Positions 57,707 through 64,000 of a DNA stretch of 64,000 nucleotides are shown in pieces. Each line of letters begins with the position of its first letter. Positions within the stretch are counted from its first letter, which is position 1. The position numbers and the translations under genes were made by a program. Where the stretch lies: assembly GCA_002716405.1 (NCBI GenBank), contig PBBA01000004.1:2482-66481 (forward strand), given 5' to 3'. The stretch comes from Chloroflexota bacterium. Lineage in GTDB: Bacteria > Chloroflexota > Dehalococcoidia > UBA2979. The notes under the pieces were generated by a model. That model searched no databases. It saw only the letters and a list, made by a program, of their open reading frames with translations, and was not told the origin of the DNA.

Positions 57707-58564
57707 CTAAGTACCTGTAAAGGTTGGGTCTCGTCGTTCCATCAGTGCAGCTTTTGCCTCTTTAGCATCATTAGAAACATTTAATACATGAGCAGCATTT
57801 GATGTCAGTACTGCAGCTGTTTCTAAATTACTATCAACTGCTGCACGCAAATTCCTTTTGTTAATCCATTGTGTAATTGGTGGATGTTTAATCATTCGTG
57901 CACAAAGGTCACGTACTTCCGATTCTAGATCTTCAGCAGGCACTAATTTATTTAATACTCCCCATTGATATGCCCTCTCAGCATCTAAATGGCCCGTGTA
58001 AGCAAATTCAAGTGCACGCCCAAGGCCTGCCAATTTCGTTAAATGATACGCTCCACCATTTTCAATGATCTGACCAACTTGGTGATAGGAAATATACCGC
58101 ATGTGCTCAGAGCCATAACGAATGTCACAAGCAAGTGACAGGTCCATACCAAATCCTGCAGCTACACCATTGATCATTGCAATAGTAGGTTTACGTATAT
58201 AATTGACGTCTTTGATTAGCTTAGTCACTCCATAAAGGAAGCTTTCACGAGTTTGGTCAGGGCTATCAGGATGCTTGACAGATCCGAGGAACGGGCCCCC
58301 TCCATCATATCCTTCAACTCCACGAACATCCACGCCAGCAGAAAAAGCTCGACCTACGCCTGTCAAAACGATAACGCGAACATCAGGATCGTCATCACCT
58401 GCACGCATATATTCGCCAACTTTTGCTAATGTACCAAATCTTTCAGATTCACCAATGCATGCATTCAATCTCTCTGGTCGGTTGAATTTAATCCACAAAA
58501 TTCCATTATCTTCTTTTTCATATAGCAAATAAGGAACTAAATCTAAAGCGTGATCGGACATCAA
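57707..58564 (-). CDS. Enoyl-CoA hydratase/isomerase family protein
   Basis: I.FNRPERLNA, LTGVGRAFSAGVD and INGVAAGFGMDL.L.CD. C-terminal AKEAKAALMERRDP.F. Confidence 0.85.
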   Translation of the reverse strand: MMSDHALDLVPYLLYEKEDNGILWIKFNRPERLNACIGESERFGTLAKVGEYMRAGDDDPDVRVIVLTGVGRAFSAGVDVRGVEGYDGGGPFLGSVKHPDSPDQTRESFLYGVTKLIKDVNYIRKPTIAMINGVAAGFGMDLSLACDIRYGSEHMRYISYHQVGQIIENGGAYHLTKLAGLGRALEFAYTGHLDAERAYQWGVLNKLVPAEDLESEVRDLCARMIKHPPITQWINKRNLRAAVDSNLETAAVLTSNAAHVLNVSNDAKEAKAALMERRDPTFTGT

Positions 58565-58623
58565 AACCCTCTCTTTCTATGCGCAATAAAACGACAATAT
58601 ATCAACACCAAATCCTAAAATAT

Positions 58624-59760
58624 TTACTCATCATCCAACTGCAACGTAGGCATTAATTTTGCTAGTTGCCTACGGTGATAGCGTGGTTCGCCTAAAGCAT
58701 GGAACAACGAACGAGATTGCCTAGTGTATAACGTTAATCCATATTCACGAACCACCCCTGTACCTGCATGAACTTCATGACCATAATCACATGCATGCCG
58801 ATAACCATCACTGGTTACTGCCTTGGCAAGGTGAATAGCAGCCTCAGTTTGACGTCCAGTATCCATCTTCCACAATGCTTCGTAAGTGGTCCAACGTGCA
58901 GAATCCAAATGAATAACCAATTGGACTATATGATTTTGAACAAATTGGAATCGACCTATTGGACGCCCAAACTGTACTCGATCACGACTATACTGCACTG
59001 ATAGGTCGAATACAGCCTGTGCTCCACCAACTTTGTATGCACACAACAACGGAGTTGCGCGCATTAGTGCTACATGTAATCCTTCAGCAACTGCATTAAC
59101 TTCACCCAATAAAGCTGATTTAGGAACGCGCGCATTCTCAAATGTCACAGAACTTTCTGAAGATGTAAAACCTTCTAATTTCCGTGCTGATACACCTGGA
59201 ATACTGGTGTCGACCAACAATAAGCTAATATCGTTGTCATCTGAACCAGTACGAATAGCTGTAATTATTAAATCAGCGGCATGGCCATCATAAACAAATG
59301 ATTTTTCACCGTTTAATATATAATCATCACCTTCTTCATTAGGAGCTAATTGCACACCGGCATTTCCCCATTGGTAGTCTGGCTCAGCCATGGCTAATGT
59401 GGCAATTAGTGATCCATTCGCAATTCTAGTTAAATAATTCTCTTTTTGGGCATCATCACCCAATTCTTTTATAATTTCACCTGCAAGAACTGTTGAGAAA
59501 AATGGTCCTGGAACTGGTCCTTTACCCAAAGCTTCAAATACAACCCCTGCGTCTGTATAACCAGTATTACTGCCACCATATTCTTCAGGAATCAGCATAC
59601 CAAGCCAACCAAGCTCCCCGGCAGTACGCCACATTTCATCTGAAAAACCACGCTCAGTTTGTTGTAATTCAATTAATGTTTCTATCGGAGCATCACGACT
59701 AACAAAGTCATCAACTGCCTGTTTTAACATTTCTTGTTGGTCAGTTAAAGAAAGATCCAT
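58624..59760 (-). CDS. Acyl-CoA dehydrogenase
   Basis: Three-domain ACAD pattern: E.GW.G...PEEYGG, a beta-domain, then the C-terminus Y...R.QFGRPIG.FQ. Confidence 0.85.
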   Translation of the reverse strand: MDLSLTDQQEMLKQAVDDFVSRDAPIETLIELQQTERGFSDEMWRTAGELGWLGMLIPEEYGGSNTGYTDAGVVFEALGKGPVPGPFFSTVLAGEIIKELGDDAQKENYLTRIANGSLIATLAMAEPDYQWGNAGVQLAPNEEGDDYILNGEKSFVYDGHAADLIITAIRTGSDDNDISLLLVDTSIPGVSARKLEGFTSSESSVTFENARVPKSALLGEVNAVAEGLHVALMRATPLLCAYKVGGAQAVFDLSVQYSRDRVQFGRPIGRFQFVQNHIVQLVIHLDSARWTTYEALWKMDTGRQTEAAIHLAKAVTSDGYRHACDYGHEVHAGTGVVREYGLTLYTRQSRSLFHALGEPRYHRRQLAKLMPTLQLDDE

Positions 59761-59842
59761 TTTCTACCCCCCGTTTGAGAAAACACTCCCTCTGCATCAA
59801 GAAGATATAGGGGAGATTTCTAATTTAAAAAATAATAGATTT

Positions 59843-61066
59843 CTATTCGACAGTCTTACCTGCTTTATAACGTTCAGCTTCAGAACGACCCATACCAATT
59901 CGTCTAGCCATTAATACTTTCTGAACATCTGCAGTACCACCAGGGTGAAGTGCAACAATCGCACTTCGTTGGTAAGCATCAAGTGCACCTTCAGAGAAAT
60001 CTGTAATTTCATCATTAGTCAGGGCATATGGACCAAAGAGCTCATGCAAAGCAGTAGTAATATCCAAACCTGAAAGCTTTCGGAAATAAGAAGACTGAGG
60101 TCCTTCATACGTCATAGATTGATGAGTTCTATTCATCCAGAAATTTCGGATTCCAAATAATCTCTGAATTTCGGTCTTTTCATATATTTCGACCAATCGA
60201 TCTTGAGCATCAGAATCTTCAACTAAAGGCCTACCATTCAATTGACGTGCTCGAGCCCATTCTAGTGCACGGGAGAACCAAAGGTTACGAGAAACTGAAC
60301 CACCGGCACCGTGCTCAAGTTCGAGGTGTGTAGTTGCAACTTGCCACCCATTATTTTCTCCACCAACTAAGCGCTCAGCTGGAACTCGAACATTGTCAAA
60401 GTAAACGGTGTTTTTGACACCAGATCCGACACCTTCACCTCCGTCTCCTAATAAATCCATAGGACGGATAGTAATACCAGGAAGATCGGCAGGTATCATA
60501 AACCAACTCAAATTCTTATGTCGTTCGCCTTCGGGATCCGTTCGTGTAAGAGTCCAAAGCATATCAACACCATTTGAACCGCCTACATAAATCTTCTCAC
60601 CATTTACAATATAATCATCACCATCACGTACAGCGTCTGTTTGTGTACCAGCAAGGTCCGATCCTGCTTCTGGACCAGTTAAAAGTTGCCAAGTAACAAC
60701 ATCACCCTTGAATATAGGAGGAAGAAGTGATTGTTTCTGTTCGTCAGAACCCCAAACTAGTATTGAGGCGCCACCAAGCCAACCACCTGAATCATAGTAA
60801 GGAGGAATCGAAAGGTCACGTCGACTCATTTCTTCATAGAGCACGACAGTTTCTTCAAATCCCATACCTCCACCACCGTATTCAACTGGTGCAGTAGGGC
60901 GTAACCATCCTCTTTGTCCTAAATCACGCCCTAATTGACGAAATTTAGCATAGTTTTCCGGAGAATCTTGATCCCCTTCAATAACTGGAGCATGATCATC
61001 CAGCCAACTTCGAACTTCTTTTCGAAAAGCCTCCTGTTCAGGAGTATATGATGGTGCAAAATCCAT
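59843..61066 (-). CDS. Acyl-CoA dehydrogenase
   Basis: ACAD pattern: P.EYGG.G, TGPEAGSDL, G.K.Y.. I prefer ATG 61066 (MDFAPSYTPEQEAFR, GAGGA RBS). The track start at 61171 adds 35 non-homologous residues. Confidence 0.85.
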   Translation of the reverse strand: MDFAPSYTPEQEAFRKEVRSWLDDHAPVIEGDQDSPENYAKFRQLGRDLGQRGWLRPTAPVEYGGGGMGFEETVVLYEEMSRRDLSIPPYYDSGGWLGGASILVWGSDEQKQSLLPPIFKGDVVTWQLLTGPEAGSDLAGTQTDAVRDGDDYIVNGEKIYVGGSNGVDMLWTLTRTDPEGERHKNLSWFMIPADLPGITIRPMDLLGDGGEGVGSGVKNTVYFDNVRVPAERLVGGENNGWQVATTHLELEHGAGGSVSRNLWFSRALEWARARQLNGRPLVEDSDAQDRLVEIYEKTEIQRLFGIRNFWMNRTHQSMTYEGPQSSYFRKLSGLDITTALHELFGPYALTNDEITDFSEGALDAYQRSAIVALHPGGTADVQKVLMARRIGMGRSEAERYKAGKTVE

Positions 61067-61192
61067 AATTCCTCGATTCTTAACACTATTCGGTATAAAC
61101 AGCTCGTTAAATACGAGCTTGGTGATCCGACTACGAACTGCTATTACAGCTATTTCAGGGCTGTTTGTCAACTCATTTAATACAAACTTTGA

Positions 61193-62635
61193 CTACTTCA
61201 AAGCATGAATGTTATTTCCACCAACAATATAATAAGTACCTGATTTGATTGATATAGGAGAAGAAATATCTTGTTTATAATCTAAAGCTTTGATTAATTC
61301 CCCAGAGTCAGGATCCAGCAAAACCAAGCTAGAACCTGCAGCAATCAAAAGTCCATCAGATGTAATTAAAGGAGCACTGGTAATCTGGTCTAATGTCTGC
61401 TTCCAGTTAATTGTACCGTCATTACGATTATATGATTGTATGCGTGCGTCAGTGGAGTATCTAGATGCACGTTCCCCAGCTACATAAACACTCGTAGAAC
61501 TAACCGCAGGTGCAAAATATAAACGAGGCGGATTAAAATTTCCCCATAATCTTTCAGGTAAAGGGGTAGGGGGTGCTACACCCCAAACATAAAGTTGTAA
61601 CCAGAGACTTCGTAATCTTCCTTCCCACCATGGATTACGTGAGTTTTCATTAACTGAAAAGATCAACCAAGGTGAGATAGATATAACTTCATCATTATCA
61701 ATAGCAATTTTTGTAGGGAAAGAAACTGAATTATACCAATAGGTTTGTTCTCCGGTAAGCCTATCAAAAATCAGTAATTTCTGACCTAAACCCACTGCTA
61801 TGTAATTATCATTCATTACTGGACTCTCAAATCGTCTACCACTTCTATGAACAACAGTATCCATAGGTTTTTCCAATAATTTTTGTCCATTTCCAGCATC
61901 AAAAACGTACCAAACATCTTTCCCGAAAAGATAAATTCTTCCGTCATAAATAAGAGGTGTCGATTCAAGCAAGGGACCAGCTTCAACTGACCATAGTTCA
62001 TTGCCATTAGATGAATCTAAGGCGTACAAAATCCCATTGGCTGAAGGGACGAATATCACATTTTCAATAGCTAAAGGTGATGTGAATAGAAAATTATCAA
62101 ATTGTCTTCTCCAAATTTCTACACCATTGGATTGAGAATATGCAATAAGCAACCCATTAGATAATGAAACATATAGATTCTGCGAATCAGCTACTAGAGA
62201 AGTTTCGGCATTTGCAGGTAGCTGCGTTTCCCAGGCAATTGGTTGTTCTATCCGGCTCGCATACAATGATCTTCGTAAGCGACCACTACCACCATCACTA
62301 TTTTCCCAACCTGCATCAGAAGATAAACGTCCACTAAGATTTGTAGTTGCTGTAGGTAAAGTGCCTACCTCACTTATAAAAGTACTATAGACCCAGAAAA
62401 CAACAAAAATAAATGAAAAAACAAAACCAGTAATTCGTATCAATTTAATAAGTTGCTTTCGACGATGATCACGTTGCATGACCCTTGCACGATGTACTTT
62501 AACTGATACTGCTTCTTCACCTGATAAAGGTTCTACTGCTCGTATGTCAGTTAAGCAATAAGAACAACGTCGTACACCAAACTCGATAGTACGCCCACAT
62601 GTTGCACAAACTATTGAATCAGGTTCTTTATCCAT
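61193..62635 (-). CDS. Zinc-ribbon / single-TM / PQQ-like beta-propeller repeat protein
   Basis: N-terminal CATCG...(11)...CSYC ribbon and the TM helix ITGFVFSFIFVVFWVY. Repeated (G.)(L/I)YA(L/I)D..(N/T)G..(L/I)W blades follow. Confidence 0.7.
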   Translation of the reverse strand: MDKEPDSIVCATCGRTIEFGVRRCSYCLTDIRAVEPLSGEEAVSVKVHRARVMQRDHRRKQLIKLIRITGFVFSFIFVVFWVYSTFISEVGTLPTATTNLSGRLSSDAGWENSDGGSGRLRRSLYASRIEQPIAWETQLPANAETSLVADSQNLYVSLSNGLLIAYSQSNGVEIWRRQFDNFLFTSPLAIENVIFVPSANGILYALDSSNGNELWSVEAGPLLESTPLIYDGRIYLFGKDVWYVFDAGNGQKLLEKPMDTVVHRSGRRFESPVMNDNYIAVGLGQKLLIFDRLTGEQTYWYNSVSFPTKIAIDNDEVISISPWLIFSVNENSRNPWWEGRLRSLWLQLYVWGVAPPTPLPERLWGNFNPPRLYFAPAVSSTSVYVAGERASRYSTDARIQSYNRNDGTINWKQTLDQITSAPLITSDGLLIAAGSSLVLLDPDSGELIKALDYKQDISSPISIKSGTYYIVGGNNIHALK

Positions 62636-62716
62636 CTGTTTAGTAAATACCTAACTCCAAAATTAATTAGTTAACCTATATAATGTACCTAACAATTAGT
62701 TTATGTATGAGGTCCT

Positions 62717-63526
62717 ATGTTCAATAATATTAATACAATCCAATTGGTTACCAATAATAATGATTTAGTCTGTAACCAATGGCAAAAATTACTATCGGCT
62801 CAGAAAGTATCTCAAGATACCGTAGACACACTCAATGCAAAAAGAACAATTTTATATGCTGGTAATGCAAAAGTAGAACTATTAGAACAATTAGGTGATG
62901 GTGAAGTAGCCAAATTTTTATCAAGTAATCCACGTGGAGGTTTATTTTCTGTAGGTTTATCGACCACTAATCTAGAAAAATTTACCGCCTCATTGGACTC
63001 AAAAAATATCTCATATATTACTGAGAAAGAACAGATCTATATTGACGAAACTTTGACAACTGAAGGTGGATTACGTGTGGTTGTTAGTACTTTTGAAAAG
63101 AACGAAATAAGTGGTTTGTTGAATCGTTTTTTTGAGGTTTCCTATTTAGTTTCAAGCCCTGATGCTATCTCATCTGAATTGGCAACTAAATTTCGACTTA
63201 ATCAAGCAAGTTTCGATCTTACTGAATCAAAAGAGTTTGGATTTACGGGATTTCATACGTATATCAATGATTCATGCACGGATGATATTGAGGTAATACA
63301 TCCTCTAGATGAAACAAACACCATGGGAAGATTTTTTAAAAACAAAGGTCCAGGTTTGTATATGTGCTTCGCAGAAAGCAGCAATATGAATGAAATTCGA
63401 TCACGCGCAAATGAAATTCTTCCAGGAGGATGGATCGGTAGTACGGATGAAAACACTATCCCTGAATCAGCCTTTTTACATCCAAAATTACTTGGTGGAG
63501 TTATGGTCGGAGTCAAAGGAAAATAA
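62717..63526 (+). CDS. Two-domain VOC (glyoxalase/epimerase-like) family protein, tentative
   Basis: VELLEQLGDGEVAKFL....GGLFSVGL resembles the VOC/methylmalonyl-CoA-epimerase beta-alpha-beta-beta-beta module. A second module has IEVIHPLDETN.MGRFF...GPGLYM. Confidence 0.45.
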   Translation: MFNNINTIQLVTNNNDLVCNQWQKLLSAQKVSQDTVDTLNAKRTILYAGNAKVELLEQLGDGEVAKFLSSNPRGGLFSVGLSTTNLEKFTASLDSKNISYITEKEQIYIDETLTTEGGLRVVVSTFEKNEISGLLNRFFEVSYLVSSPDAISSELATKFRLNQASFDLTESKEFGFTGFHTYINDSCTDDIEVIHPLDETNTMGRFFKNKGPGLYMCFAESSNMNEIRSRANEILPGGWIGSTDENTIPESAFLHPKLLGGVMVGVKGK

Positions 63527-63561
63527 ATTGTAGAAAGTAGTGATAATGGTACGGAGTAAAA

Positions 63562-64000
63562 ATGACAGAACGTAATTATAAGTATAGAGGTTTTGGAACA
63601 AGAGTATTTGCAGGTAATGAAGCTTTAGGAAATCTAAGAGCAGAGGTCGAAAGATTGGAAGCAAAAAAAGCTTTCGTAATATGCGGACAATCGATATCAA
63701 AAGAAAAAAAATTGCTTGAACGAGTTAAAAATGAATTAGGCTCCCGTTTTATTGGAATATTCGAAGGATTGCAAACTGATTCTCCTGCTCCTGTTGTGGA
63801 AGAGGCAGCACAGGCAGTGGAAAAAGCAGGTGCTGACTTAATTATCCCTGTCGGTGGTGGCACTGCTGCAGTGAGTGCACGTGCAATTGCTATGCGAATC
63901 GGAGAACAAAAATCATTTCATGAAATGGCGACAAAATACCCACCAAATCAATTACCATTTAGCCCTAAATTATCTGCGCCAAAAATCCCAATAATTCAAG
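63562..64000 (+). CDS. Iron-containing alcohol dehydrogenase family protein, 3'-partial (runs off window)
   Basis: Absent from the ORF track because it has no stop. ATG 63562 has GGAG upstream. The translation MTERNYKYRGFGTRVFAGNEALGNLRAEVERLEAKKAFVICGQS...LIIPVGGGTAAV...PKIPII is collinear with 55087-56331. Confidence 0.7.
   Translation, partial: MTERNYKYRGFGTRVFAGNEALGNLRAEVERLEAKKAFVICGQSISKEKKLLERVKNELGSRFIGIFEGLQTDSPAPVVEEAAQAVEKAGADLIIPVGGGTAAVSARAIAMRIGEQKSFHEMATKYPPNQLPFSPKLSAPKIPIIQ

Noticed and set aside
61067-61171. N-terminal 35-aa extension of the second acyl-CoA dehydrogenase, and similar extensions at ribH (39288-39320), dcd (43005-43034) and znuC (34122-34166).
   Set aside because: In each case an internal start has a better Shine-Dalgarno and matches the usual family N-terminus. 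The extensions overlap upstream genes or structured RNA.
1-64000. Looked for CRISPR arrays, IS elements or transposases, integrases, prophage genes, rRNA and long direct repeats.
   Set aside because: None were recognised. The only notable duplications are diverged gene paralogs: HMT x2, the unknown ~360-aa pair, Fe-ADH-like x2, crotonase x2, ACAD x2, LLM x2, 2-HADH x2 and MFS x2. A computational repeat scan would still be worthwhile.

Overview
AT-rich (about 40% GC by eye), densely coding bacterial chromosomal window with about 66 protein genes and one tRNA. I saw no rRNA, CRISPR array, transposase, integrase or phage genes. All calls come from reading the ORF translations and the DNA by eye; no searches were run.

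Gene content, left to right:
- A methyl/organosulfur group: two homocysteine S-methyltransferase paralogs, an SsuD-like flavin monooxygenase and a Pfs-like nucleosidase.
- Scattered acyl-CoA and flavin oxidoreductase genes.
- A complete Pho locus: phoB-phoR, pstSCAB, a MIP channel and phoU.
- An Ecm/MeaA-like fused B12 mutase.
- A fused FO synthase (fbiC, F420 pathway) divergent from an HxlR regulator.
- znuABC, then dnaN.
- A dcd-ribD-ribE-ribBA-ribH string, then lepB, pyrE and tRNA-Lys(UUU).
- An acyl-CoA catabolic island: Fe-ADH-like, CaiB-type CoA-transferase, crotonase and two ACADs.

The combination of fused FbiC, a PAC2 protein, many luciferase-like monooxygenases, family III CoA-transferases and frequent TTG/GTG starts suggests a marine Chloroflexota (SAR202-like) or related lineage. 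That is inference only.

Main finding: the ORF track truncates a gene at an in-frame TGA (52577-52579, minus strand).
- Read-through gives D-U-G-S-C followed by 80 more sense codons.
- A two-tier hairpin starts immediately 3' of the TGA, consistent with a bacterial SECIS element.
- This predicts a 173-aa UGSC-motif selenoprotein at 52334-52855.
- It lies in a tight five-gene minus-strand operon (49083-53802) with an amidohydrolase-fold protein, two tandem paralogous uncharacterised ~360-aa proteins and a D-2-hydroxyacid dehydrogenase.
- I propose this operon as a candidate uncharacterised selenium-dependent redox/reductase system.
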